Source of the DNA: an uncultured Verrucomicrobiae bacterium
Lineage (GTDB): Bacteria; Verrucomicrobiota; Verrucomicrobiia; Chthoniobacterales; UBA10450
Direction of reading: 5' to 3'
Assembly: GCA_963756875.1 (NCBI GenBank)
Contig: CAVWPA010000001.1
Location: 192,001-256,000, forward strand
Length of the DNA stretch: 64,000 nucleotides
Under the pieces are notes generated by a model. The model did no database searches. It worked only from the letters and a program-made list of their open reading frames with translations, and was not told where the DNA came from. Shown here in pieces: positions 33,362 through 44,897 of the stretch. The number at the start of each line of letters is the position of its first letter. Within the stretch, counting starts at the first letter, position 1. The position numbers and the translations under genes were made by a program.

Positions 33362-35318
33362 ATGAAAAGCGACTGGGACCTCGAGTCTGCGATCGCCACC
33401 TACAATGTGGATAGATGGGGCGGCGGTTATTTTACGATTAGTGCGAGCGGCAACGTCATCGCCAAACCGCTTCAAGAAAACGGCGGCTCAATCGATATTC
33501 TTGAAGTCGTCAACGAAGCGCGCAATCGCGGGCTGCCTTTCCCGCTGGTCATCCGCTTCCAGGATTTGCTGCGGCACCGTGTGGAATCGGTCAACCGCGC
33601 GTTTCAAGCGGCCATTACTGAGTTCGGTTACAAGAATCATTACCGCGGCGTCTTTCCGATCAAGGTCAACCAGTTGCGCGAAGTGATCGAGGAGATCGTC
33701 GACGCGGGGCGGCAATTTCATTTCGGGCTCGAAGCGGGCAGCAAGCCGGAACTGGTCGCCGCGCTCGCAATGCATAAGGACCCTGAGAGCCTGATTATTT
33801 GCAATGGCTACAAGGATCCCGCGTATATCCGGATTGCGTTACTTGGCCGCAAACTCGGCAAGTCGGTCGTTATTGTGGTCGAGAAGCTCGAAGAGTTGGA
33901 GCAAACGATTCGTGCGGCGAAGGAAGTCGGAATGGAACCGCTGATCGGCATTCGCGTTAGGCTTTACAGCAAAGGCGCGGGAAAATGGGCGCCGAGCGGC
34001 GGCGAGAACGCGAAGTTTGGTCTGGATACGACTGGGCTCGTGGCGGCAAGCGAGATGTTAAAAGCCGCCGGACTGGCGCACTGTCTGAAGCTCGTTCATT
34101 TCCATGTCGGCTCGCAGGTGCCGGACATTTCCAGGATCAAGCGCGCCGTGCGCGAGGCGTCACGATACTACGCAAAGCTGGCCAAACTCGGACACGAACT
34201 CGGCTATCTCGATGTGGGAGGCGGGCTGGGTGTCGATTATGACGGATCGCGCAGCGATTTTGACAGTTCGGCAAATTATTCGCTGCAGGAATACGCGAAC
34301 GACGTGGTCTGGAACATCATGGATGTTTGCGATTCCGAAGGGGTCCCGCACCCGGCCATCGTGAGCGAAGGGGGGCGGGCCATCGTTGCGCACCATTCCG
34401 TGCTGGTGGTGGAAGCCTTCAGTTCCATCGAAAAGACTGTGCCGAAAATAAAGGTCGAGGCGAACGAGAAGGACCACAAACTGGTGCACGATATTCTCGA
34501 CGTGAAAGCGCGGCTGAAACGCAGCAATCGCATCGAAAGTTTGCACGATATCCAGCAAATCAAGGAGGAATCCCAGCAGACGTTCGACCTCGGGCTGCTC
34601 GAGCTCGAATCGAAATCGAAGATCGACACGGTCTACTGGCAACTGGCACAGCAGATCGTCAATATGCACCGCGGTCTGCGTTATGTGCCCGATGAAGTGA
34701 AAGAACTGGAGACGTCGCTGGGCGATCAATACATCTGCAACTTCTCCGTGTTCCAATCGTTGCTCGATCACTGGGCGCTCGGCCAGCTCTTTCCCATTAT
34801 GCCGATCCATCGCCTGACCACTCCGCCCGACCGCCACGGAATGATCGTCGATATTACATGCGATTCAGACGGAAAAGTGTCGAAGTTCACCGACCTGCAG
34901 GATGTACGCGAAACGCTTCCCCTTCATCGCATCGTGCCCGGAGAGATGTATTACCTCGGCGTCTTCATGGTGGGCGCCTATCAGGACATCATGGGCGACC
35001 TGCACAACCTCTTCGGACGCGTCACCGAGGTGCACGTCTTTCTCGATCCCGACGAAGAATCGGGCTGGTACATCGAAGAGGTCATTGAAGGCAGTACCGA
35101 TCGGCGAAGTTCTTTCGATGACCCAATGGGACAAGGTCGAATTGATGCGCCTGCTCAAAACGCAGGTGGACGGGGCCATTAAGAGCGACCGGTTGAAGCC
35201 GAACGACGGGATGAGACTTCTTTCCGACTACGAACGGCTCCTTCAGGAATACACTTATCTGAGCCTCAACGGGACCAAGTCGCCACCCCCGCGCGGGAAC
35301 TGGCTGCCACTGAGCTAA
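33362..35318 (+). CDS. speA: Biosynthetic arginine decarboxylase, +1 base near 35098
   Basis: FPIKVNQ, GLEAGSKPEL, DVGGGLGVDYDG, DITCDSDG, GAYQDIMGDLHNLFG; the C-terminus (IGEVLSMTQWDK..YTYL) continues in the shifted frame to 35318. Confidence 0.93.
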
Positions 35319-35380
35319 GCTGGCTTTTCCCGCGCGTGCTTGTCATTTCGAGCGAAGTCGAGAAATCTCTTACTGTTGGC

Positions 35381-36775
35381 ATGAAGCAAGTTTCCGCAAT
35401 CTCCGTCAAAAATGCACTGCAGAGTTCCGCGCCCATTCCGGAAATCGTGGTGCAGGGCTGGGTGCGAACACGGCGCGATTCGAAGGATTTTTCGTTTATC
35501 GAGCTGAGCGACGGCTCGTGTTTGCGCAATCTCCAGATCATCGCGAAAAGCACGCTGTCGAATTACCCGGCGGTGCAACGGTTGGCCACTGGCGCCTCCA
35601 TTATTGTGCACGGCGCGCTGGTCGCCTCGCAGGGCAAGGGACAAAACTGGGAAGTCGTTGCCGACAAGATCGACGTCGTTGGCAATACGGACGAATCCTA
35701 TCCGCTGCAGAAGAAAGGGCACACGCCGGAGTTTCTGCGCGAGATCGCGCATCTTCGTCCCCGCTCCAATCTGTTTGGCTGCGTCTTTCGTGTGCGCAGC
35801 CGGCTGGCATTTGCCATTCATCAATTCTTTCACGAGCGCGGCTTTGTTTACGTGCACACGCCGATCATTACCGGGAGCGATTGCGAAGGCGCGGGCGAAT
35901 TGTTTCGCGTGACCGCAATCGATTGCCAGCAGCCGCCGCGGACGAAAGAGGGCGCGATCGATTACACGAAAGATTTCTTTGCGCGCCAGACGTATCTGAC
36001 GGTAAGCGGTCAACTCGAGGCGGAGGCGTTCGCCTGCGCGCTGTCGAAAGTTTACACGTTCGGTCCGACGTTTCGTGCCGAGAACTCGAATACTTCACGG
36101 CACGCCAGCGAGTTCTGGATGATCGAGCCGGAAATGGCGTTCTGCGATCTTAACGGGGACATGGATCTCGCGGAAGAGATCGTGAAATATCTCATTGTCG
36201 ATGTCCGAGCAAACTGCGCGGAAGAACTCGAGTTGTTTGCCAAGTTCGTGGACAAGGAATTACTTTCACGACTCGATTTTGTGGTCGATCGGCCGTTTCA
36301 ACGGATCCCGTACACCGAGGCGGTCGATCTTCTGGCGAAGAGCGGCGAAAAATTCGAGTTCCCGATTTCGTACGGACTGAATCTGCAATCGGAACACGAG
36401 CGCTGGCTTACCGAGAAACATTTCAAATGTCCGGTCACGGTTTTCAATTATCCAAAAGAGATCAAACCGTTTTACATGCGTTTGAACGACGATGACAAAA
36501 CCGTGACAGCAATGGACCTGCTGGTTCCGGGCATTGGCGAAATCGTCGGTGGAAGCCAGCGCGAGGAACGGCTCGACGTGCTGGAAGCAAATATGCGCCG
36601 CCACAAAATGGATCCCGCCGATTACAAATGGTATCTCGATCTCCGCCGTTACGGAACGGTGCCGCATGCCGGTTTCGGTCTCGGCTTCGAGCGGATGCTC
36701 ATGTTTGTGACCGGCGTCTCAAACATTCGCGACGTGATTCCATTCGCGCGCACACCCGGCAGTGCGGAGTTCTAA
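35381..36775 (+). CDS. asnS: Asparagine--tRNA ligase
   Basis: [45 protein letters not shown]. Confidence 0.97.
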   Translation: MKQVSAISVKNALQSSAPIPEIVVQGWVRTRRDSKDFSFIELSDGSCLRNLQIIAKSTLSNYPAVQRLATGASIIVHGALVASQGKGQNWEVVADKIDVVGNTDESYPLQKKGHTPEFLREIAHLRPRSNLFGCVFRVRSRLAFAIHQFFHERGFVYVHTPIITGSDCEGAGELFRVTAIDCQQPPRTKEGAIDYTKDFFARQTYLTVSGQLEAEAFACALSKVYTFGPTFRAENSNTSRHASEFWMIEPEMAFCDLNGDMDLAEEIVKYLIVDVRANCAEELELFAKFVDKELLSRLDFVVDRPFQRIPYTEAVDLLAKSGEKFEFPISYGLNLQSEHERWLTEKHFKCPVTVFNYPKEIKPFYMRLNDDDKTVTAMDLLVPGIGEIVGGSQREERLDVLEANMRRHKMDPADYKWYLDLRRYGTVPHAGFGLGFERMLMFVTGVSNIRDVIPFARTPGSAEF

Positions 36776-36778
36776 ATT

Positions 36779-36848
36779 GGTAGGATCGGCGCGCTGCGCC
36801 GACCGGACAGTCCGAGCCGGACTGGCACCACAGCGCGATGTCCCTACC
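36779..36848. repeat. GTAG-type REP pair between convergent genes
   Basis: ggtaggatcggcgcgctgcgccgacc ... gcgcgatgtccctacc. Confidence 0.7.
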
Positions 36849-37431
36849 CAACAAATTTTCGGATCGCGTCGAGGATACACCGATCGACGTCTTCCTGTGT
36901 CTGGCCGGCCTCTTGCAGATCGCGTTTTGTCACGCGTAGCGAATGGTCTCCGCCTTTCACGACATGCAAAATATTGAGAGTGTTCATCTGCGCGCGAACC
37001 TGTTCGAGAAGCTCCAGCGGACAGAGCGCGTCGCGCGTGCCCTGAACGAACAAAATAGGCGTTCGCAAGTCGCGCAAAACCTGGTCGCGCAACTTCGATC
37101 GATCGCCGCCGGCGCAAAGCGGGTATCCGAGGCAGATCACCCCCGCGACTCTTTCTTCAAGCGCGACATGGCATCCCACGCGGCCGCCCATGCTTTTGCC
37201 GATCAGAAAGATCGGACCGGACGCTTTTTTACGCCCGCCGTTCAGCGCCTGCCGATGTGCCGCGATAAGCCGCGGAAGAGGGTCGGGCCGTTTCCGTCCC
37301 TCCCGCATGTAATCGTAATCAAATGTTTCAATTTCGCCAATCTCGGCCAGGTAGTTCTTCCATTTCTGCATCCAGGGATGCGACGAAGGCGCACCCGCGC
37401 CGGGCGCAAAAAGAAAAAACGGTTTTGCCAT
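36844..37431 (-). CDS. Alpha/beta hydrolase (KANL3/Tex30-like)
   Basis: PGAGAPS, GKSMGGR, LGYPL, VQGTRD, GGDHSL. Confidence 0.88.
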   Translation of the reverse strand: MAKPFFLFAPGAGAPSSHPWMQKWKNYLAEIGEIETFDYDYMREGRKRPDPLPRLIAAHRQALNGGRKKASGPIFLIGKSMGGRVGCHVALEERVAGVICLGYPLCAGGDRSKLRDQVLRDLRTPILFVQGTRDALCPLELLEQVRAQMNTLNILHVVKGGDHSLRVTKRDLQEAGQTQEDVDRCILDAIRKFVG

Positions 37432-37922
37432 TATCCTCTCTCCAGCTTGCGCGCTCGGATCCAATCGATCAATCGATCGAGAAAAGCTGTTTGCGCCTGC
37501 TTCATTTTGCGTCTCGCCGAGTCAATCGAAAAGAAATCGGCCCGGTCAACTTCGGGAAACGTTTGTTTGCGACCGGAATGCGGCGGCCATTCCATTTCGA
37601 AGGTGTTTGATACCAGCTTAAAATTGCGCGGCAAATCGCCCTCGAACGCCCACGCATACACTATCTTGCCGCCTTTTTGTTTCACGCTTCCAAGGTTAGT
37701 CCAATCTTCCGAAGAGGGCGCAAAGCCCACTTCTTCTTCAAACTCAATTCGCGCGCGCGTTCGTAAATCTTCCGCTTCGCTGGCTTCGCCTTTTGGAATC
37801 GACCAAACGTCGTCATCCTTGTTTTGAAAAAATGGGCCGCCGGGGTGAACAAGAAGGACCTCAAGTTCCGCATTTTTCATCCGAAACATCAGGAGGCCAC
37901 TACTGATTCTTGAGCGTTTCAT
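37431..37922 (-). CDS. NUDIX hydrolase
   Basis: LLVHPGGPF..WSIPKGE..ARIEFEEEVG; EWPPHSG..FPEVDRA. Confidence 0.9.
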   Translation of the reverse strand: MKRSRISSGLLMFRMKNAELEVLLVHPGGPFFQNKDDDVWSIPKGEASEAEDLRTRARIEFEEEVGFAPSSEDWTNLGSVKQKGGKIVYAWAFEGDLPRNFKLVSNTFEMEWPPHSGRKQTFPEVDRADFFSIDSARRKMKQAQTAFLDRLIDWIRARKLERG

Positions 37923-37969
37923 TTCTCTCCGCTCTCGCATTGTGCCAGCTCAACTTTTAGATTCAAACG

Positions 37970-40102
37970 ATGCTTGAAGGGGTTGAAGGATCTCGCGAAA
38001 TCGAGAAAGCGGATGTCCTGATCGTCGGAGTAGTCGGCTATTCAGATTTGCCCGGCGCCCGACGTCGGCAGGCACTGGATGAATTGGACCGGGTCGTGCG
38101 GAGCGGGGTGCGGTTCCGCGTGGCCGATGTTGCCGGTAAAGTTCTTTGTGGCCCGACCGGGGACGGCATGGCCCTCGCATTTTTCGGCGATGCGGAGGCG
38201 GCGATGGAATGCGCGATGGAAATTGCTGTTGCGATAAAGGACCATCCGGAAATCAAGCTCAGAATGGGTCTGCACAGCGGTCCGGTGAGCCGGGACGCCG
38301 ATGCTGAGGAGGGCGGGAGCCTCAGCGGAGCAGGGGTCGAACTCGCGCGCGATGTGACGGACTTTGGGGACGCCGGTCACATTCTGCTCTCGAAACGGAT
38401 TGCATATGGTCTCGCGGCGGTTCCGCGCTGGAATGTTCACTTATACGAACTCGGAGACTGCGAGACGGAGAGCCGCCGCCAGAACGTCGCACTGGTAAAT
38501 TTTTACAGCGAGGAAATTGGCAACCCGGAAACACCGACGAAGGTAAAGCGTGCGCGCGAGGAAGCGGCGCGGATCGCGAGGCTTCGCCGTTGGCGTCGGC
38601 CAGTCAGCATGACAGCGGCTGCTACGATTATTTTGGCGGTTGCCGTCACGGGAATTTTCTTTCTGCACAAACACCTGGCAAGAATCACTCCAGCGCGACT
38701 GCCGAGTCGGGTGTTGGAAAAAAGCGTTGCCGTCCTGCCCTTTGTCGATCTGAGTCCGGCGCGAGATCAGGAATATTTTTGTGACGGCGTCAGCGACGAA
38801 ATTCGCAGTTCGCTGGCGAAGGTCAAAGACCTGCGGGTGATCGGCCGCACGTCGTCGCTTGTCTTTAAAGGGAGTCACGCAGACCTGAGCGAAGCGGCGC
38901 AGAAGCTGGACGTGCAGAACCTTCTTAAAGGCAGTTTGCGCCGCGATGGGAGCTGGGTGCGCGTGAGCGCGCATTTGATCAACACTCGGAGTGGTATCGA
39001 GACCTGGTCGAAAACATCCGACAACCAGGTCTCTGAGCTGCTTGCAGTGGAGGACGAAATTGCGCGCTCCGTCGTTGATGTGTTGAAACTCAAGGCCCCC
39101 GTTGCGGCGCATCGGCTCCAGGCGCCTGATACATTGGCATACGACCTTTACCTGCAAGGGCTTTTCCTTTCTCGCAAAAACAGCGAAGAGGATTTGCGTG
39201 CCGGTCTCGATTTTTTCCGACTGGCGCTGGCCAAGGATCCGCAGCTGGGACCGGCTTTTATGGGCACTGCCGGGATTTGGTTGCGGCTGGCTGAAGCCTT
39301 GATTCCGCCACTCAATGCCTATCCTCAGGCTCAACTGGCGGCCGAAAAGGCGCTCGCGCTTAATGGAGACGACGCAGACGCGCACGTTTTTTTAGGGGAA
39401 ACCAAGCGCATCTTCGAGTGGGACCTGAAGAGCGAGGAAGCGGAGCTGGGGCGCGCACTTGAGATCGATCCCAACTCCGTACCGGCGCATTTAATTATGG
39501 CCAGACTGAAGACAGATCTCGGCGATTCCGAGGAGAGCTTTGCCCAGATGCGCCAAGCGGTTCGGCTCGATCCGCTTTCTCCGCTCGTCGGCCACTTTGA
39601 AGTGAGGGTGGACGTGGCAAACGATCGACTCAAGGAAGCACTTACCGCAACGAAGCGCACCATGGATATCGATCCCGATTACACCTACTTCGAGCCGGAC
39701 CTGGCGCTGGTTTATCGCGAGCAGGGGAGGTTGCGCGAAAGTCTCGAGATCTATTTACGGCTGGAGAAAACAAGACATCAAGCGTTGCCAGGGCTAGCCA
39801 TTACCTACGCGCGAATGGGCAAGAAAGACGAAGCGCGCAAAGCTCTCAACGCATTAATTCAAATGGCCGATAAACGATATATTCCAGCCGAACAGATCGC
39901 TTCCGTCTGCGTCGCGCTTGGCGAAAAAGAAGAAGCGTTTCGCTGGCTCGAGCGCGCCATTAACGAGCATTCCGCGACAATTCACGACATTGCTGTTGAC
40001 CGCGAATTTCAGTCTTTGCACTCGGATCCACGCTTTTCCGATCTCCTGCGCCGCATCGGGATCGATCCTGCGAGGTTCCAAAATCGTTCTCCTCATTCAT
40101 AA
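37970..40102 (+). CDS. Class III cyclase-like domain, TM, TolB-like and TPR protein (cyclase degenerate)
   Basis: PTGDGMAL, RMGLHSGPV; TM segment; KSVAVLPFVDLS..EYFCDG; C-terminal TPRs ending SDPRFSDLLRRIG. Confidence 0.85.
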   Translation: MLEGVEGSREIEKADVLIVGVVGYSDLPGARRRQALDELDRVVRSGVRFRVADVAGKVLCGPTGDGMALAFFGDAEAAMECAMEIAVAIKDHPEIKLRMGLHSGPVSRDADAEEGGSLSGAGVELARDVTDFGDAGHILLSKRIAYGLAAVPRWNVHLYELGDCETESRRQNVALVNFYSEEIGNPETPTKVKRAREEAARIARLRRWRRPVSMTAAATIILAVAVTGIFFLHKHLARITPARLPSRVLEKSVAVLPFVDLSPARDQEYFCDGVSDEIRSSLAKVKDLRVIGRTSSLVFKGSHADLSEAAQKLDVQNLLKGSLRRDGSWVRVSAHLINTRSGIETWSKTSDNQVSELLAVEDEIARSVVDVLKLKAPVAAHRLQAPDTLAYDLYLQGLFLSRKNSEEDLRAGLDFFRLALAKDPQLGPAFMGTAGIWLRLAEALIPPLNAYPQAQLAAEKALALNGDDADAHVFLGETKRIFEWDLKSEEAELGRALEIDPNSVPAHLIMARLKTDLGDSEESFAQMRQAVRLDPLSPLVGHFEVRVDVANDRLKEALTATKRTMDIDPDYTYFEPDLALVYREQGRLRESLEIYLRLEKTRHQALPGLAITYARMGKKDEARKALNALIQMADKRYIPAEQIASVCVALGEKEEAFRWLERAINEHSATIHDIAVDREFQSLHSDPRFSDLLRRIGIDPARFQNRSPHS

Positions 40103-40177
40103 TCGTTTTTGCTCTCAGCAAAGTCTCTCGCTACACCGGAGCTTTATGCGAAGATCGGGAATCTCTTCCTTTTTCGA

Positions 40178-41269
40178 ATGAAGACGAAAAGTTTCCAAAT
40201 TACCGCAGAGATCTCTCGCGCTGAAACACTCCCCGCGGAAGTATATTCCGATCAGGTCTGGTACGAGCGGGCCAGGGAAAAGATTTTCGCGTGCTCCTGG
40301 CAGTTGATTGGCGAAACCGCACAAGTGAAATCGTCCGGTCACGTGCGGCCGTTCACGCTGTTGGAAGGCTGTCTCGACGAGCCGTTGCTCTTGAGCGTCG
40401 ATGAAAAAATGTGCACGCATTGTTTGTCGAATGTCTGCACCCATCGCGGCGCGCTCGTTGTGGAAGGCGACGGGCACCTCAAAAATATGCGCTGCCGGTA
40501 TCATGGGCGGAAATTTGCGCTCGATGGTTCGTTTGCGTCGATGCCGGAATTCGACGGCGTGGCAAATTTCCCGAGTGAAAAAGAGAATCTTCCCCGCGTT
40601 GCGCTGGAGCGCTGGGGCCCGTTCCTCTTTTGTAACCTGCAACCGGCTTTCCCATTCGCCGAGCTGGTTACGCCGATGAATGAGCGCGTGAATTTTCTTC
40701 CGCTCGATCGCGCGGTATTCGACCTATCAACCTCGCGCGACTATTTCATCAACGCGAACTGGGCGCTGTACTGCGACAATTATTTGGAGGAATTTCATTT
40801 GCCTTATGTACACGGAACAAGTCTTGCCGGGCTGAATTACGGCGAATATCGCACCGAGCTTTATCCGTACGGGACGCTGCAGCTCGGCGTCGGCAAGTCG
40901 AAGGAGGATTCGTTCGCGTTGCCTAAAGGTCATCCGGACTTTGGAAGCAATATCGCCGCCCTCTACTACTGGCTTTTTCCGAACCTGATGTTGAATTTTT
41001 ATCCGTGGGGCTTGTCTCTCAATGTCGTCTCCCCGCTTGGCCCGGAGCGGACGAAAGTCTCGTTCCTGAGTTACGTCTGGGACGAAGCCAAACGCCGAAA
41101 TGGCGTCGGCGCCGATCTTCACCGCGTGGAAATGGAGGATGAGGAAATAGTCGAATCAGTCCAGCGCGGTGTCAGGTCGCGCCTGTACGATCGCGGCCGG
41201 TACTCCCCCCGGCGCGAAGCGGGGACACACCATTTTCACAAACTTCTCGCGAAGTTTTTGAACGACTGA
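40178..41269 (+). CDS. Rieske non-heme iron oxygenase alpha subunit (choline monooxygenase-like)
   Basis: CTH..CRYH Rieske ligands; NYLEEFHLPYVH and EDEEIVE mononuclear Fe site. Confidence 0.9.
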   Translation: MKTKSFQITAEISRAETLPAEVYSDQVWYERAREKIFACSWQLIGETAQVKSSGHVRPFTLLEGCLDEPLLLSVDEKMCTHCLSNVCTHRGALVVEGDGHLKNMRCRYHGRKFALDGSFASMPEFDGVANFPSEKENLPRVALERWGPFLFCNLQPAFPFAELVTPMNERVNFLPLDRAVFDLSTSRDYFINANWALYCDNYLEEFHLPYVHGTSLAGLNYGEYRTELYPYGTLQLGVGKSKEDSFALPKGHPDFGSNIAALYYWLFPNLMLNFYPWGLSLNVVSPLGPERTKVSFLSYVWDEAKRRNGVGADLHRVEMEDEEIVESVQRGVRSRLYDRGRYSPRREAGTHHFHKLLAKFLND

Positions 41270-41343
41270 GGCTTCCGAATTGGCACCTGTCGCGGTCGAA
41301 TAATCCCATCCAGAGCGGCACTTACCTGCGTTCGTTTGATGTT

Positions 41344-41862
41344 ATGTACACGAAAACTTTTCTATTGGGTGCCGTTTGCGCGGCATTGCTGCTATTCCCG
41401 AGCCACGCTGCCTTTGCTGCAACGAAGGGTGAATCTTCGAGCGAATCCAAGGCCAACATCTCGTTTATGAAGAAGGCCGCCAACGCCAACATGACAGAAA
41501 TTCAACTTGGTAAAATCGCGCAGGAGAACGGACAAAAAGCAGATGTCAAAAGCTTTGGCGAGCGAATGGTAAAGGATCACGGGAACGCGAGCGACCAGTT
41601 AAAAACAGTCGCGGAGAAGCTCAATGTGCGGCTGCCGAAGAAAGTCAACGCAAAGCACCAGGCTCTGGTCGACAAGCTTTCAAAGCTCAAGGGCGCGAAC
41701 TTCGATAAGGCATACGCGAACGCAATGGTCGAAGACCACAGGAAAGTGATAAAACAATTCGAGAAGGCCCAGGGCGAAGTGACGCAACCCGATCTGAAGA
41801 AATTTATCGACGACACGATTCCAGTCTTGAAGACGCACCTCGAGCTGGCGAAAAAGTTATAA
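41344..41862 (+). CDS. DUF4142 secreted protein
   Basis: Signal peptide; FMKKAA..EIQLG..MVKDH..FDKAY..MVEDH..HLELAKKL. Confidence 0.88.
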   Translation: MYTKTFLLGAVCAALLLFPSHAAFAATKGESSSESKANISFMKKAANANMTEIQLGKIAQENGQKADVKSFGERMVKDHGNASDQLKTVAEKLNVRLPKKVNAKHQALVDKLSKLKGANFDKAYANAMVEDHRKVIKQFEKAQGEVTQPDLKKFIDDTIPVLKTHLELAKKL

Positions 41863-41973
41863 AATCGCTACCGCAAACGTTTCTTTGCCGAGCTAGCTTG
41901 GTTTGATCCCGCGGCGTTGCGGCTCCATTCAACGTCGGCCCCCGTTTTCGCGGCTAATCCGTGCCGTCTGGCG

Positions 41974-42711
41974 TTATCGCTTGCGCGAACCAAGCGGCAA
42001 CAACATTGGGGTTTCCCGCCGATATTGCCGGTAGTCGTCGCCGTGAAAACGAATCAGATCGCGCTCCTCGAACTGGATGGCAACCAGCATGTAAGCGGTC
42101 GTCATCAATGCGAAGAAAAGATGGCCTACGGTCATGGACGGAATGCTCCAAAAAGCGATGATGAAACCCAAATAAATGGGGTGGCGAACGAACTTGTAAA
42201 GCGTCGGGGTCCTGAAAGCGGACGGCTCATGAGGCCGGCCCGCCAAGTAGTTGTAGACTTGTTTCATCCCGAACAGATCGAAATGATCGATGAGATAAGT
42301 TGAGACAAAGACGACGCCCCACCCGATCCAGAACAAAGCCAGTAGCAGAGTGCGGCCACCTGAATTTTGCACGTCCCACACGATCCCTTTCATCGGTAGC
42401 CATTGCCAGAAAAGGAGCAGCAAAATCAGACTCGCCATGAGCACGTAGGTGCTGCGCTCGACCGGCTTCGGAACGATTTTCGTCCAGACGCGTTTGAACC
42501 ATTGGCGTGCCATCACGCTGTGTTGAACCGCGAAAAGGCTCAGCAAAATGGCGTCAACGACGAATGCCTGCGCAAATGGCGCTTTCGGACCGGAATCGAT
42601 CGATTTGGGAACAATGAAATTGCCGACGAACCCGATTGCATACAAGAATGCGATTAGGAAGATGACGTAGCATACCAATCCGTAAAGAAACGCGATGATC
42701 CGGCCTAGCAT
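41974..42711 (-). CDS. mddA: Methanethiol S-methyltransferase MddA-like (ICMT-fold membrane methyltransferase)
   Basis: [63 protein letters not shown] before ATG. Confidence 0.8.
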   Translation of the reverse strand: MLGRIIAFLYGLVCYVIFLIAFLYAIGFVGNFIVPKSIDSGPKAPFAQAFVVDAILLSLFAVQHSVMARQWFKRVWTKIVPKPVERSTYVLMASLILLLLFWQWLPMKGIVWDVQNSGGRTLLLALFWIGWGVVFVSTYLIDHFDLFGMKQVYNYLAGRPHEPSAFRTPTLYKFVRHPIYLGFIIAFWSIPSMTVGHLFFALMTTAYMLVAIQFEERDLIRFHGDDYRQYRRETPMLLPLGSRKR

Positions 42712-42778
42712 ATGAGCCTCCTTTGGTTTGCTTCGAACGCAGGGTAGTGTCCTACAACTGGAGGGCAAGCTTAAAGCA

Positions 42779-44200
42779 ATGGCAGAAAAGAGTACTCCGC
42801 GGTTGGAACGCGCACTGACCTTGCGCGACCTGGTGCTTTTCAATTTCGCTGCGGTGATCGGAATCACCTGGGTGGCTACGTCAGCCAAGGCCGGACCGAG
42901 TTCGTTGACCTTGTGGGTGCTGGCCGCGGTTTTCTTTTTCGTTCCGCTCGGTCTCGCCGTGATTCAACTCTCTTCAAGTTACCCGGACGAAGGCGGTATC
43001 TATGCCTGGACCAAGAAGGAGTTCGGCGAAGGTCACGGCTTTCTCTGCGGCTGGTGTTACTGGGTTAACAATGTTCTTTATTATCCAACCCTGCTCCTCT
43101 CGGCTGCTGTCATTGCGACTTACATTTTCGGCCTGGGCGAAAGTGGCCTGGCCGACAATTGGATTTACGTATTGCCATTCGCGCTCATCGCGCTTGCCCT
43201 GGCGGTTGTGCTCAACGTCATCGGGCTAGGCACCGGAAAATGGCTGCAAAACATCGGCGGTATCTGCGCCTACATCCCCGGGCTTGTTCTGATTTTGCTC
43301 GGCTTCTATGCCGCCCTGACGAAGGCCCCTGCAAATACCATGACTCTCTCGCAATTAAAGCCGAACCTCACGAACCTGCCCATGCTGAATCTCTGGGCGA
43401 CGATCGCCTTCGCTTTTTCGGGACTTGAACTTTCATCGACAATGGGCAACGAAATTCACAATCCGCGCCGCAATCTGCCGCGCTCGATTTACATCGCCGC
43501 GCCGTTGGTCGCGCTCATTTACATCTGCGGCACGGGCTCGATGCTTTGGCTCGTTCCTCAGAATGGCCTCAATATGGTGGCAGGCCCGCTTCAGGGAATC
43601 GCCAACGGCATGCGCGACTTCGGTACCACGTGGTTCTGGGTCGCGCCGGCTGCGGCATTCTGCCTTACTCTGGCAAGAATCGGCGGCCTCGGGGCGTGGC
43701 TCACCGGTTCGGCGCGTGTCGCATTCGTCGTTGGGCTCGATCACTATTTTCCGCCGGCTTTTGGCTGGGTTCATCCGCGCTGGCGCACGCCATATGTCGC
43801 GATCATCGTCCAGGCGCCGCTCGCTGTTTTATTTCTCCTACTCTCGGTGCTGGGCAAAGGAACGACTGTCGAACGGGCTTTTCTTATCTTGATCGACATG
43901 TCGCTGCTCATCTATTTCATCCCGTACGTTTATCTTTTTATCTGTTTCATCGTTCACTGTTGGAAAAACAGAACGGAAAAATCTCTCCTCGTTCCCGGCG
44001 GAGCAGGCGGCGCGCTGGCGGTGGGACTCTGCGGCCTGTCGATCACAGTTTTCGCGATGATCGTATCGATGATTCCGCCGCCTGGTACCTCAGGCATCTG
44101 GATTTACGAAACGAAGCTCGGCGGCGGCTCGCTCTTCCTCGTTCTCCTTGGTCTATTTATCTACTGGCGCGCAAAGAGACGTCTCACACGAACGAGCTGA
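42779..44200 (+). CDS. APC family amino acid/polyamine permease
   Basis: [34 protein letters not shown]; 12 TM. Confidence 0.9.
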   Translation: MAEKSTPRLERALTLRDLVLFNFAAVIGITWVATSAKAGPSSLTLWVLAAVFFFVPLGLAVIQLSSSYPDEGGIYAWTKKEFGEGHGFLCGWCYWVNNVLYYPTLLLSAAVIATYIFGLGESGLADNWIYVLPFALIALALAVVLNVIGLGTGKWLQNIGGICAYIPGLVLILLGFYAALTKAPANTMTLSQLKPNLTNLPMLNLWATIAFAFSGLELSSTMGNEIHNPRRNLPRSIYIAAPLVALIYICGTGSMLWLVPQNGLNMVAGPLQGIANGMRDFGTTWFWVAPAAAFCLTLARIGGLGAWLTGSARVAFVVGLDHYFPPAFGWVHPRWRTPYVAIIVQAPLAVLFLLLSVLGKGTTVERAFLILIDMSLLIYFIPYVYLFICFIVHCWKNRTEKSLLVPGGAGGALAVGLCGLSITVFAMIVSMIPPPGTSGIWIYETKLGGGSLFLVLLGLFIYWRAKRRLTRTS

Positions 44201-44852
44201 TCAAATCGACGTCCTTGCGGTGAATATCCGGAACCACGGTATTTTCGGCAGGATGGCCAACGACCAGAAGCAGAAAAGGCTTTTCATAGGCTGGTCGTTT
44301 TAAAATGCGATTTAGAAATGCCATCGGGCTGGGCGTGTGCGTAAGAGAAACGAGCCCGGCCTGATGGATCGCTGCGACTAAAAATCCCGTGGCGATGCCG
44401 ACCGATTCGGTTGCGTAGTAATGTTTCATTCGCCGGCCGTTTGGCAGAATTTTGTACGGTTGCGAAAAAATCGCGATCAACCAGGGCGCAGTTTCCAGGA
44501 ACGGCTTGCGCCAGTCGGTGCCGAGTGGCGCCAAAGCTTCGAGCCATTCTTTAGGAGCACGGTGCTCGTAGAATTCGCGCTCCTCTTTTTCGGCCTCGAT
44601 TCGGATCTCGTGTTTGACTGCCGGATCGCTGACGGCGACGAAATGCCACGGTTGCATGTTTGCTCCGCTCGGTGCGGTCCCCGCCACGCGCAGGCAATCT
44701 TGGATAAGCTCCCGTGCGACCGGGCGCTCCGAAAAATCGCGTACTGTCCGGCGCCGCATCATTGTCTCGCGAAACTCTGCGACCCTTTTCGCCAGATCGG
44801 CATCGGAGAGGTGAGGACCTTTGGGCAACGGGATGAAATGCGGCTCGGCCAT
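44184..44852 (-). CDS. Nitroreductase family, iodotyrosine deiodinase (IYD)-like
   Basis: [51 protein letters not shown]. Confidence 0.85.
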   Translation of the reverse strand: MAEPHFIPLPKGPHLSDADLAKRVAEFRETMMRRRTVRDFSERPVARELIQDCLRVAGTAPSGANMQPWHFVAVSDPAVKHEIRIEAEKEEREFYEHRAPKEWLEALAPLGTDWRKPFLETAPWLIAIFSQPYKILPNGRRMKHYYATESVGIATGFLVAAIHQAGLVSLTHTPSPMAFLNRILKRPAYEKPFLLLVVGHPAENTVVPDIHRKDVDLISSFV

Positions 44853-44897
44853 GCCGCGCAATTTATCCAGCAACTTTCCGCGCGAAAGGGGGCGCCT

